A stretch of DNA of 64,000 nucleotides from Laetmonice hystrix (Eukaryota): the NCBI GenBank assembly GCA_965235115.1, contig OZ249441.1, positions 27,032,001-27,096,000 of the forward strand, read 5' to 3'. Below, piece after piece: positions 12,301 through 25,300 of this stretch (within the stretch, counting starts at the first letter, position 1; each line of letters starts with the position of its first letter). A program made the translations under genes and the position numbers. The notes under the pieces were generated by a model. The model saw nothing but the letters and a program-made list of their open reading frames with translations, had not been told where the DNA came from and searched no databases.

Positions 12301-13263
12301 TCGTGATCTGTATTAATTAATTGGAAAAAGGAAAAAAAAGAAAAGGAAATAATGTTCTTATTAAGCAATCATATTCAATCAGTATCTACTGCATCTCTGT
12401 GCAGGACGTGTTTGCAGAGAAACCTTTAGAACCAGAACCTAGTTGTTTCTTACAGCAACCTCAATGTCTCCAAATCATGTTCTCATCTTTGGCTACGTCC
12501 CCCCGACTACTGATGTAGGGAACTAAGGCCTGACAGTCTGGAAGGACATTAACTGGCCCCACGCGTTGTTGGGACGGGAAAGCCGTCAGGCAGCCATGGT
12601 ACCACGGAGGATGACCATCCTGGCAGGCGACAGAACGCTGTGACGTACTCCGGTTGTCATGGCAGCAGAACTTTGACCAGTTGGTTGGCAGGGTTTACAA
12701 GATGACGCACGAATCATTCCGTGAAAAAACGATAGAGTTCAACAAGGGACGCCAAAAAAAAGAGGAAAAAAATGCTGACAGTTTGATCGAGTGGAGCATG
12801 TGAGATCCGATAACCCTTTTCTACTGAAAATATCTGGGGGACATACTGCATACTGGGTTAGGCGCCAGGACTTCTTATATTCCAAAGTACCTCACTACAG
12901 TCACAACACCATTATCACACTTTATCACCGGACTCTGACACAGTCAGTCATTTTCATCTCAAAATAGTCAAACTGTTTTAGTCCTAACAGTCTAATAATG
13001 GATCTGATATACCTACACTCACAACACCCATGACTGAGTAACATTCTGAGAGACAAACAATACTTTATGCTGTTTGTGTCTAGGTTCGTGGTTTACGTAA
13101 TGTCGCTTAGATGTGATGACGATGAGATGATACCGCAGAAACACGCACACCGGGACTACACCCTACTGTTATCAATAAGTGACAAGGGTTCTTTTACGTG
13201 CAACACTGTATAGACAGAGCTTTAGAAGTCCGGCATTTGATAACCTATGTACTATGTACTCAC

Positions 13264-13924
13264 GTGGAACAGACTTGTCAGGCTGCGGATGGTGAGCCGG
13301 TTTTGGAGGAAGATATCATAGATAGCACAGACCGCCAACACCGTCACTCCTTGCTCCTTGCTCAGCATGGCCGCTGCTGTACACACCGCGCACCCCACTA
13401 GATGGAGCCACTTCCAAACGCCGTCGCTTCCCATTGGATGAGAGGAGGGCGCTGCCCTCTGATTGGCTGCTCCCGCGCCGCCATATTGGCCGTGCTTCCA
13501 CGTCAAAGCCCCATTTTTGTCCCTGTACTTACAGTAGCGCATGTAGCATAAGAACGCGAGCAGGAAGAAAAGACAAGCCAAAACGTCCGCCCTGCCGACC
13601 ACTCCGGCGACCGCCTCAGTGTGGATTGGGTGTGAGGCGAACAGCAGACCGGCCACAGTAGCAGGGACCTGCCTCCGGAGCAGGGCCTTCGCCAGGTATG
13701 TGAACACGGCTGTGACCAGGGCATGGAGGAGGACATTGCCGAGGTGGTACCCAAACGGGTGAAGTGCCCCCAAGTGGTAGTTGAGTCTGAATGTTAGCAC
13801 CGTGAGCGGTCTGTAGGACTTGTGCGAACCGCTGTGGGTGAGAGGCGTGCCCCAGAAGTCGTTGTAGAACAGTTGGGACAGCGAAGACTCCGGCAGAAGA
13901 TCCGGGTTCTTCTGGATGGCTCGA
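13264..13924 (-). CDS. TMTC2: TMTC2-type protein O-mannosyltransferase, internal coding exon (equivalent to exon 2; N-terminal transmembrane region)
   Basis: Encodes (S)RAIQKNPDLLPE...FYNDFWGTPLTHSGSHKSYRPL...ASHPIHTEAVAGVVGRADVLA...KEQGVTVLAVCAIYD, hallmark TMTC2 motifs. Acceptor ttcttacAG at 13926-13925, donor CAC|GTGAGT at 13263. 661 nt, phase 2 to phase 0. Confidence 0.95.
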
Positions 13925-14447
13925 CTGTAAGAAAACGGAAAGAACAAATCATTAATACATATTTATGCAACGATCCATGTGTATAGCACACCTGATTCAG
14001 ACGTCAGCATAATCAATTAAAAAATCTGAATAATTACAGCTTTTCATGTTGTAAGTTTGTAAGTAACATCTGTTGCACTGTAATATCTATATCGGCACTG
14101 TAGGGTTTCATAAGCTTATAGCTTCAACCTCTTTGTTATATGCTTGCTTATATATGCATTGTATATTCTGAGTGCGGGGCATTTAAATCATTATTCGCTT
14201 CGGGTATATCTGGCAAATTCGCATATTATTCGCACAATCACAAGCTAATTGCAATGACAAATCGTGTGGTGGCCTTTAGTATGCATCTTGCCTCCTTAAA
14301 AGCATCTATTTATGTCCCGTGTTTCAAAAACAGTCTCCTGTCCCTCTGGCCCAGATGTGAATACAGCACGTGGGCCGGTTCCTGTTATCAACAAAAAGGT
14401 TCAAGTGGAATGCCGAAAACATAATCACGTCTGAGGCAACTGGTGGA

Positions 14448-14525
14448 TGGGGGCGACCAGCAGGGGCAACCGGCAGGGGCAACCTGCGGGGGCAATCGGC
14501 AGGGACAACCGGCAGAGGCAACCGG
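14448..14525. repeat. 13-bp GC-rich tandem repeat, 6 copies
   Basis: caggggcaaccgg variants at 14461, 14474, 14487, 14500, 14513. Confidence 0.85.
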
Positions 14526-17245
14526 GAAAACACCAAGAGACAGGCCAGGGACATTCTTGCCTCCGTCATGCCATGCACGAGGGATGGATCCCAGAGGAAT
14601 GTCACGTGACCTAAGCGTTCCGCCAGCCTCCTCCGACAGGCCTGTTCACTATGATTCAAGATACCACAGGCCAGCAGGCTCTTTCTTCACAAAGTTCACC
14701 GTCACATGCTTAGACAGGGCGTCATTTTTTCTGCTGCCTAAGCAGAATTCTGTCCCGGTGTCAAAGTTTTTCTATCTGTCACTGTTCGCCGATAAGAAGA
14801 GGCGTTGGGGGGAAGGAACAAAAAGTCCCTTTGCCTTCCTGGTTTAAAAAACACCAGCTGAGTGTATAACAAAAACCGAGCTGAGTGTATGACACTTTAT
14901 CATCGTGTACATCAACTGCTCCGTTTATATCTCGTACGATGAGTCACCAGCAACCATCAGATAGAGAAAATTAAGGAAACACTTATGATAGCATCAGGAT
15001 GATAAACAAAACTAGAATAAGATCTTAACTAAATGTATATTTACTTGTACTTTGACGACGACACAATTCGGTCCTCAGCGACACATTCCCAATATGTACT
15101 CTCACCTTTTAAATTCAGAAACCTGATTCTTTTGGGTGCAGCACCATGGGAAGTGGGTCGGAATAGCACTGTCCTGAATAAAGTTCAGAAAACGACGTCT
15201 TTTTTCTATATTTCTTTCTATCAACCCCTCGGGTCGAAATGTTAGCTTTCATTTGACACGAAGCGAAGATCCTTGCATAATGAAGGTGTTACTACAGTCA
15301 GCCGCGATTCAAGTGTGGTCGACGGTGAAGATCAGGAACTGTTAAGTGTTTAAGATGGATCGTGGGCATACAATGGCACACTGACTGTCGCCCTATGCGC
15401 CACCCCTCTCGCCTATCGCCCAGCATGTTTTCCCGTCTCAAGTACCTTTCATCCCACTCAAGTATCCCGATCAAATTTATGGCTTCTTCGTCTTTGGCAG
15501 CAGAAAGAACCCCTGGCTGATAGAATAAAGCCTGGGGGTTTATAGACTTAACTGTGGATTTTTAGCGCCGGACTTTATGATCTACTCGTGTGAAATTCCT
15601 CTCAGCTGGTTTGCGGTTGTTGATTGAAGACATTCTGTCAGTATACGTGCGCAGTGTATCAAAACCCGCCAGAGTCTGTCAAACATACGATCTCCGACCT
15701 CATCATATACTGACACTGGTTTCAACCACCCCCGGCTACGGTTAATTTAACACGAGTCAATTAACCATGGAAACCGGCTTATTTCACAAATCCCTCTTCT
15801 CCGCCCCTTCAGCAATTGAAACCTGCTGAGTTCAATGAGTTTTCGTTTCCATTAAAGTCAATGCCGTAGATGTCATCTCACAGATCTACACAGCCGTTGC
15901 CAGCAACCTAGCTAGCTAGCCGACAAAGAGGTTCGATAAAGGTTCTAACGATGTTACTCTGTGACGAAACGTTTTTGCGACATTTGTTGTTAGCTGTGAG
16001 GTGACATGGGGACGTACCCGTCACACTGTCAGGTTATGGAGACAATTCTTCCATATTGCGGTGTTCAGTTGTCTAGTCCGCTGACAAAATCTGCTTAAGA
16101 GGATCCCAACCCTTCAACATTTGGTGGAGGAGGGGGGCCATTATTCCACATGTCATAACACAGTAGGCAGCGAGTATAATCCCCACTGTTGATGTTGATC
16201 TTATTGAGTATTTGGTATTTCTCATCATGTTGGAGGGCAGATCCGACTGCTTTCTTAGCCTGACCTTTCAAACTGTGCTGTTTATAAACAGAGGCTTTGT
16301 GGCGGTGGTGGAGCCCGAGGGGTTTGACGTTACGTAGACGGCATGTATAATCGCCTGCGTCAATAGTGTCTGGATAGCCTGTTTGTTCGCAAACCCTCAC
16401 CCCATGGCATACACTATCTCAAACAGTAAGCTTCACATATATACATACTTATCTTTCAACATTGGCAAGGTGAGTGACTGAATGTTGGTGGTTGATCAAT
16501 TATTCATCAGAAATTTCATTGTTACACTGAGTTATTAATTACTAATTAATTACTAACTTACTAAGTGTCCAAACTTTCCATATTTTTATCAGTCAACATG
16601 ATAATGTCCAACTCAAAGAATTTCAATGCAATTAAGCAACATGAGGTTTCGTTGCAATCCAAGTCTAATTTGCGCTCTAGCATGATGGAATGGTTTCTAG
16701 AGCCGTTGTGCTTTCTACATAAGAAATTCACGCCCCCCCCCCCCCCCATGAACCTGGCATGCCTAGAGATGGTCTTATACAGGCTATCTATACTCTTATC
16801 TACAGTAGAATGACAACCACTGTCTTCACAGACCTCATCTGGAAAAAGAATCGCTATCTGGAGTAGTTTGCAGGTCTGTAGAAAACAGAAAACGGTTGGT
16901 CTTTAGTGGATGGCGTGAGTGGATCGGGTGTTCCTTCCGCGTTCCTCAAACATTTTCTGGCTCTAATTTTTCAAAATACCGACTCACGGCGCAAAACCAC
17001 AATTACTCACTCACTCACTCAAAATAGTGACTCAAGGCTACCGCCCCCCCCCCCCCCAATCACCACCAAAAAGGAGAAAAGTGGTATGATCTGACGTTGT
17101 AGCCGTTGGAGTCTTTTCATTACTTGCTCACACCTCCTCACTGTGCTTACTGACCCTCATTACAGAACCATCCTTGCCATTGATGGCCGCCACAAATTAC
17201 CGCTCAGCACCGAGCACGGCCCGGGTAAGCTCCCACTCAACTTGG

Positions 17246-17283
17246 TAATTAATTAATTAATTAATTAATTAATTAATTAATTA
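17246..17283. repeat. (TAAT)9 microsatellite
   Basis: Perfect taattaatt... run, self-complementary. Confidence 0.95.
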
Positions 17284-17783
17284 GTGGCTGCATATAATTA
17301 GACAAACGGCGCAGTCAAAAGGTGGCAGAGTTCTGACCGGGTTCGGGGGGGGGGGGGCTGAGGGAGGGGGGTTGGTAAGAAGAGATAACGGTATAACAGA
17401 TGCTAATAGTTGATAAAGTGGTCATCATCTGATCTTATCGGCATCTGTGGGCAGATGGGCCTGACAGCAAGACTACTCACCTGGAAACGGACTTTAACTG
17501 CAGCTGGTTCTCCTTCCAGGAATAACCTCACTTTGTAAAACCCGACGGCGTTTACATGGACTATGTACACAATAGTCTTACATTAACGTAAAGTTCTTTT
17601 GGAGAACTTCATGTTGTGAGGTGATGGGGTTCAGAAAATGATAAGGCAAGGAATCACTAGGGTTTCAAATAGTCAACAGTAATGAATGCACACCAAATAT
17701 CTGTGCATCTTTGACAGTATCTTTTGACAGATGAACGTCACAATAATTGGAGCACCACAACAGCATATCTGTTCATAAATGCA

Positions 17784-17797
17784 CCACTAGATGGCAG
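17784..17797 (+). promoter_or_regulatory. Candidate CTCF binding site
   Basis: CCACTAGATGGCAG, full match to the CCASYAGRKGGCRS core consensus; motif match only. Confidence 0.45.
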
Positions 17798-18501
17798 CAT
17801 GTTCCAAGAGACCGTCTTACTTGATCCCTCTGACATATCAACACAAACTGATCGGTCTATCAGTTCCCACATACCTCAATCATGTTTAATGAGGGTAAGT
17901 GATAGCTTTCCTGGTATCATAAAATCATAGTCAGCGAACCAAAACTCTGATCTCCAGCTTCTCCTGTTATCATCCCATCCTTTTACCCCCAACTACATCA
18001 ATCTCGATAAAAATAAAGATTACAATGAATAATGTTCTAACAACGTTTTCAGACCACTTTAATCATTGCATTCCCTCCAACAAGGGGGGTGTATCTTGAA
18101 ATTATGGACAAGAGAAATGCCGATTCTTTTAAGACACGACTATACTTAATCACATTCTAGACCACATTAATCATAACGTATTGGGTAGCAAGCAATCTTA
18201 CAAGCGAAACAATTTACCAGAATTACTAACTGAGATCTGACTGGCAAAATTACAGCCTGCCTCTGGCTCAGAGTAAATACTGATTTACTGTCTGCTTGAG
18301 GTCTTATTCATCTTGGCTTCCCCACAAAGCGTTAATTTTTCTCTTTAATTAAATTTCACCGAGAGAAGTAAGATTATAAGAGAGATATTATTGACACACT
18401 GGTTGTATTCATGAGGACTCGACTCAAACTATGGCATCCATATTTACCTGATAAAACACTTCGATTTCTCCAAAGTTTCCAAATTAAAACACATTAGCTA
18501 A

Positions 18502-19240
18502 CAGTCAAGATCAGGGACAGCAGTCCGCCCTCTGATCAGTCAAGATCAGGGACAGCAGTCCACCGTCTCGGCAGTCAACATCAGGGACAGCAGTCCACCG
18601 TCTCAGCAGTCAACATCAGGGACAGCAGTCCACCATCTCATCAGTCAACATCAGGGACAGCAGTCCACCGTCTCAGCAGTCAACATCAGGGACAGCAGTC
18701 CACCGTCTCATCTGTCAACATCAGGGACAGCAGTCCACCATCTCATCAGTCAACATCAGGGACAGCAGTCCACCGTCTCAGCAGTCAACATCAGGGACAG
18801 CAGTCCACCGTCTCAGCAGTCAACATTAGGGACAGCAGTCTACCGTCTCATCAGTCAACATCAGGGACAGCAGTCCACCGTCTCAGCAGTCAACATCAGG
18901 GACAGCAGTCCACCGTCTCAGCAGTCAACATCAGGGACAACAGACCACCGTCTCGGCCATCAACATCAGGGACAGCAGTCCACCGTCTCAGCAGTCAACA
19001 TTAGGGACAGCAGTCCACCATTAGGGACAGCAGTCCATCCATCAGTCAACATCAGGGACAGCAGTCCACCGTCTCAGCAGTCAACATCAGGAACAGCAGT
19101 CCACCGTCTTAGCAGTCAACATCAGGGACAGCAGTCCATCGTCTCATCAGTCAACATTTAGATTAGGGACAGCAGTCCACCGTCTCATCAGTCAACACCT
19201 GGTACAGCAGTCCACCGTCTCATCAGTCAACATTGGGGAC
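18502..19240. repeat. 35-bp minisatellite, ~21 copies
   Basis: Unit gcagtcaacatcagggacagcagtccaccgtctca (period 35, e.g. 18781 and 18816); a few deleted units near 19020-19050 and 19160. Confidence 0.97.
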
Positions 19241-22029
19241 ATCACCTGATCTGAGGTGGTACGTTTAAACAGCAGCCAATCTCACCAAGTGACGGTGACG
19301 GCTCTCTAGGACAAAGGTCCAACAAGTCTGAGCGCCTTTCTGGAATGAATCCATCACTACTTAGTGAACAGCCATAAATTCAGAATGTTTTCCATTGGCC
19401 AACCTCTTGGGGCCTCTGTGATGTCGTTTCTGACATTTGCATGAGTTGCACTTCATGGCGATATTTGATGGTGATGATAAAAAGACATAAAGAGATCACT
19501 GGATGTGTTAACTTGGCGTCATCGCTCCACCCGTATACGAGGCTTCTCTTTCCGCTATCAATATTTCAAAAATGTTCACTGTGACTATCAGTTCCGCGAT
19601 AAGTGAGTTTCAAAGTCAATACATCTACAATATGTAGACAGCAGATTAGTACGACAAGCCATAAATTGGCAGCATTATATATTAGATCACTAATTAAGTG
19701 GAAAGATGAAAACAGATGGTATTCAGATTCATTTATTTATGCTAATATCACTTGAGAGCTGGCTGCAGTTTGGTTCATAACAGAATACCGAAATAGAAAA
19801 ACTAATGTGCATGTTAGCGTTCTCATAGGTATATTCTCAGATCAATGCAAACCTGTTTTCTTGTACAAAAAGAAGAAGATAAAAAATGGTTGGGGAACCT
19901 CGCAGTATGCATACTTAGATGGTGTAGGCCTTGATACCGATTGTGTAGTGAAGCATGTATAGTTGTGACTTACACTGCAAACAGCACCCCTCCCCCACCC
20001 CCCACCCTCCCCCCTGATAAATATCCCCATATGCCCGCTCTGAAACCAATCAGAAGTGACTTTTAAAACTAAAGTCGTGAGGTGGGGTGGGGGTGGGGGG
20101 TTGCAATCATCCCTACCCCACCTGCTGACCTGATGAATACCCCTACACTATAGGCGTAGTCCATCCTAGAACAAATACGGCCTTTTCCTCCCTTTTTTGG
20201 GGAGAAATGTTAAAAAGTACGACCTACTGGAATAATTGCCCAATTCAAATGCATTATCGCCTGGCTTTCTTTTTCAACTGAGAAAAATCAAAACACTCGT
20301 CCCCATTTAAGTTTCACCATTCTCTGTGCATCCGCCAAAAGAAGCTAGCTTAATTTGTAAACAACTCTTGTCCGGTTGGGAAAGCCTTGACAGCCAACGG
20401 TTCATCATGCCACTGCCTCGGCCTGGCCGAGCTAAACCAGGCCGAATACTAACTAGACATCAGTACCGTGTCTTGGATGTCACTCCTCCCACGTCGGCAA
20501 TCCATCAAAACACAACACCTTTATAGTATAACAACTAAACAACTCTTATTCTTTACCTAACCTGCCGCTGTTTATTCCAAAGAGGTCATCCATTACGGTT
20601 TGACGGAAATTACATTGGATTTACGATTGTAGTGCTCTCCAGACTACCGCTGACAGAGTCCATCCCTTTAGTTGCTCTATTATATCAACCAGTATAATCT
20701 ATACTGGTAGATTATATATATACACTGTATAACAAAACTGTCTGGCACACGGCCGGAGCTTACGCCTCCCTGATCGGCAGGCGGTGGGGCAAGACGACCT
20801 GTATCCTCTTGGGAGTTCTGACAACAGTAGAAACTCCCAATTCTATACTGTAGTGATACGGTCCACCAGGTAAAGGCAGAACCTATTACGAACTCATAAA
20901 CTTTCAGTGATTCACAGAAGTGCTTATCATCATTGCCTCACGCTAAGATCAAAAGAATTTGTTCATGCAGTTTCATGGTATGCTGAACAGTATATTAACC
21001 ATAGATAACGATATTTGGACCCAATGTTAAACTCAAGTGAACTTTTCGTTCCAATGTTATGAGACTGAGACTGATGGACCGACCAAAATGGCGCGGTCCG
21101 TCTCTTTAAGCATTTCACCCATTCTTGATCCAGCTGCATGCTTACTCCTGATCCTGCCTAACAAGGTTATAAGCTGTGAATTAAATCTGTGCTGATCCAT
21201 CGTGTTGCTCTGGACAGCTGTAGTTGTCAGAAATCAGCAAAGTGGCAGGTCATAATTTCATTCCTGATGGGAAAATTCCACGTATCTGATTTTCCAGAAT
21301 GAATGCGAGGCACAGTGATTGAATGCATGGACGTTTATTAAATAAAGAAAATCGATCCATGTTTTTATTGGGATTTTAAAAAGAATTCTTTGAACCTTTC
21401 CCCCTTGGTAGTATCCCCTGTGACATTAAGGAGGTCAAACACCTTGAACGCACAAGAACTGTGTTTAAATGGTGCAGCGTCCTTGGTGACCCCCAGTACA
21501 ACTGTAGCAGCTGAGCCTTAGGGAAAGGGGAAGGGTATGGGGGTAGCAGCCCCTCATCTCCCCCCGCACACACACACTCACGTCCGCGTGCGCCAGTACA
21601 CTCAAAGGTCAAGGCAAGGCTCAGGTAGAACTGCAAATATCCACACTGGCCTTCATTGCAGGTTTATTTTTTGTCTTCTGTGTCGCTACAATTAAAGTGC
21701 ATCTGAAATAGTTCGCCTGCATCAGAAGCCTGTTCTGAACACGTCTATACTGTGCCATGTGCTGGTGCCTTTGTAATCTGTTCATACAAAATGATTATCT
21801 AACTACTGGTAAAACATGGCATCAAAGGTGGATTTATTTTGCAGGCCGCACCTGCCAATTCCTGTCAGGTGCGGCTAACCAATCTTGGCCCTGCCACGAA
21901 ACACACCGCTTCATCTGCTGGTGTATCTCCAGAAGGCTATGTGCAATACCGGCTGATATATATAAGAGCTACATGTCAACTCTACCTAATTCAATTAAGG
22001 TAAAGCCTATGGCCGGGATGCCACAAAGA

Positions 22030-22340
22030 TTACCATGGAAACATTGGCAAGGTAACCCAATGGAAAGGACATCCGTAGGTAACCCAATGGAAAAGCATCC
22101 TTAGGTAACCCAATGGAAAGGCATCCTTATAGGTAAGCAGACGGAAAGGCATCCTATACCCCATAGAAAGACAGCCTTGGGTAGCCCAAAGGAAAGACAT
22201 CCTTAGGTAACCCAATGGAAGGACATCCTTTGGTAACCCTTTGGACAGGACTGCACCCAGGAAACAATGGAGAGCACATTCCTATGGTAACCCCATGGAC
22301 ATCACATCTCCAAGGTTACCCCATAAAATGACATCCCCAT
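22030..22340. repeat. Degenerate ~26-27-bp minisatellite, ~10 copies
   Basis: Unit approx. aggtaacccaatggaaaggcatcctt, decaying toward both ends. Confidence 0.85.
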
Positions 22341-25300
22341 GATGGCCAGGGACAAGACAGCACCAAGGCAACCATCAAGTTGCGACCCCACGAACGACAA
22401 GTCTGCCGTGCAGTCTGCTCCACCCTAACAACCCCACTTACATACGGCCCGAGCCCCGCTCTGTGGTTCACGCCAACGCCCAGGCTATTTGCGGTGAAGT
22501 GTTCACCCATTAATATACCATTATTGGAAGCAAATTACACCTACCTCCGCCTGCCCCTACCCCCGCCATCCTCTACCACGTTAGCGGTCAGTTGACGGGG
22601 TGTGTTGACGGTTCCCCGCTGGTGGCCATGTATTGAAAACCCTGTCACCTCCAGGCCACTTTACACCTTACACTTCCCACCTTACAACTTACACCACCCA
22701 GCCGTTATCTCTCTCAGCTACCCGCCCCCGCCTCTCTCGCACCCACTCTCTCCGCGGCCACTCTCACATTCCAGTTGTATGAATTTTACATCAAACCCCG
22801 ATAACGCAGTCCTTCACCCACAGAGATGGGAAGCAAGGACGAATCTCTGCAGCATGATACTTGCAGGGAATGCAGAAACAAAACTAGCTATTCCAGTATA
22901 AGCAGAAAGCGCACGAAATAAGGTTCGTCCATACCACATAAAAATACATAACCAGGCAGAAGATATGTGCTGGGCCGACTTCCTGCTGTTTAGGAACGTC
23001 ATGGTTCTGTTTGGGTCTTGTCTGTATGAAAATTACCCGATTTCCACATCTTGAATACCGCCCCCCCCCCCCCGTGTCTCCACTGACAAACAACTCTCTG
23101 TAACTGGGCCTCGACCAAAAGTATTGCATTTCCTCTTTTTTTAAAGAAATCTGGCCCTTGCATAGATCTGCGGCGACTCCTTGAACGCGGAAACGGCCAC
23201 TGAACGTGTGTCTCTCTTAAAGTGGCCACGCCACCTTCGCCGAAACAATGGAGACGTAATTGGATTTTGTAGCGGAATCTGAGGGTAAAAAACGACCTGT
23301 TTCAAACGGGACTGAACAGGAGACACGGGACCATCTGGGTGTTTTGTTACCTCTACGATAAACACTGGTCGGAGACGACAGTACGTACTCCTCTACCGTC
23401 AACTCAAACTATTCTCTACTGGTCATGTTCAGGTTAACGTTTCTTTCTGGTCATAGTACGTGCTAGAGATCTTATCATATGTAATTCGCCACGGCTTGAC
23501 TTTTTCCTTTCCTTTTTATGTTCTTATCTAAACTCAGTCTGCCACAGCCAGGGATATAAATCTGTAAGTGACCACCCCTAGTTGAAGAACTAGGCCCTTT
23601 GCGAAGAATATCTGTCCTAAATCACAAATATCAGATCTCTTCCACTGAACCTTTTCTGACCAATGCTGATATGAAATAACTTGATGAAAAACGTGATTCC
23701 TCTGAGATCCAGCACAAAACACTGTTTTGTATGTACATGTCTGTTCTGACCGAAATTACAGTCAGAGAATGGTCGATTTCTTGCTCAACCGTGTAAGCCA
23801 AATTCTGGATTTATGAATATAGGCTGCAGATATCATATCGGAGGCCTGAGAAACTTGCTGTTTTCAACCAGACTTACACCCACTACTCGGTCTGCCGTGA
23901 CTAAGTGATCTATGGGGACCTCGGTCAACTTTGGCTGATGTCTGGATGAGGTGGGATGGTAACCTGTCAGGGTCAGATATTGGGGGCGTGACCCCAACTA
24001 ATGACTCAAACCTTCTGGGTTTTTTTCTTAATGCGCCCCAGGCACTCGAGGTCATCATAAGGCCTGCATAGGAAATCATACAGTCACAAATTATATCAAT
24101 GCGCGCTTTTTAAATCTGGTAATAATTCTTTCTTATGAATAATAAACTCTGAGTGTACAATGACTGGAACGGTCTGGACTATATAACTCCATGATAGTTT
24201 TCCTCAGGTTATGTTTTCTAATGAGTGAATCACAGTAAATCACTTGTACTTCGGGTCGCGCATCGCTCAACTTGACCTGCTGCATCAGCTAGGTGCCTAA
24301 AACTGCCATGCCCCCTGTCCCGGGTCCAGGTTTCTCTTTCTTGCCTTAACCAGGTCTCATGGAGAGCGATCAACTTCACCCGTTGACAATAACGTGGCGT
24401 CTACTGACACTGCTCCCTAACTCCATGTCTCTGGTCCAAGTTTCCCTTCCTTATTACAATCGGATCTCATGTACAGCGACCGTCAGAACTTGGGAAGTGC
24501 TCGCGACCGACTCACACTAAACGTCATACAAACGTTTTATGTATACATTATAACGTTCCTAAAACGTTTTCAAAACGTTCTTTTGAAGGAATCTAAGCAT
24601 GTCGCTTTTAGCGGTTTCGTCCGCACTTCATATTGCTGTCCCAGTATTGACCCGCCTGAAACGTCTCCTAAATCTGGCACACGAGTCCCTTCTCGTAAAT
24701 CAGGCGTCCTTTAAAACCTCTGCGCCCCTTACAATTCCCGCCTGACCCAGACGTGAAAATTATTAATTAACCCAGCGCTCCAATCTGCGGTCACTGTCCA
24801 GGCGAGTCGAGATAAGGTGTCACTATCTGTGAGACGGCTCATTCTGCCCTGACGGTGACGAATGTTATCTCAATCAACCCAACACACCAACCACCTTCGC
24901 CTCGAATCTCTGGAGCTGGCTTTCTTTTTACTTTTCATTGGGTGCAATTTCAAAGGGAAATTGCTCGAAATCACAGTATCTACACGCTTGATGTGGGTGA
25001 ACGTGTTTGGTGCTGGGACTCGGAACTGACCTGTAAACCACAAAATGGGCCGGCGATGATGTGGCCGGTTTACAGGTCAAACTCGTTACTCGCTCTGACA
25101 TGTGTCAAACTCCTGGACGTACTCAGACACTCCCTCCCTCCCCCGCACCCAATTTTAGCCTCCTGTGGCCACATTAACAGGTCAAGCATAAATTCCCAAC
25201 TCGCTGGCCACCGGTCAGTCTACCCGTCAGCTTGTCACCTTCCTGACACCCCTCAACACCTGCCTGTCCCCCGCCTCCATTCGGCCACAGAAAGGGTCAC

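Noticed and set aside
16095-16400. ORF containing DAGDYTCRLRN, like the Ig-domain F-strand motif DxGxYxC
   Set aside because: No upstream LxI E-strand pattern, conserved Trp or first Cys; an in-frame stop lies just upstream and no convincing splice sites were found. Likely chance.
17475-17560. Strong minus-strand donor CAG|GTGAGT at ~17480 (another CAG|GTAAGC at ~49857) as candidate exon 1
   Set aside because: Upstream sequence does not encode the conserved NTL..DF.YDDS motif; isolated donor-like 9-mers are common in long introns.
20809-20840. Small hairpin ttgggagtt...aactcccaa
   Set aside because: 9-bp stem is within chance expectation for 64 kb; too short for a pre-miRNA.
21180-21300. 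RGIFPSGMKL*...NY on the minus strand resembling CR1/L2 RT domain; similar faint hints at ~19500-19560 (SDDAKL), ~44450-44780 and ~46570-46630
   Set aside because: Spacing and identity too poor to call by eye; may be highly decayed LINEs but unsupported without RepeatMasker/tBLASTn.
24030-24080. Minus-strand DFLCRPYDDLE resembling TMTC2 exon 1 (DFCYDDS)
   Set aside because: No GT donor after the YDD codons and no upstream hydrophobic helix or start context.
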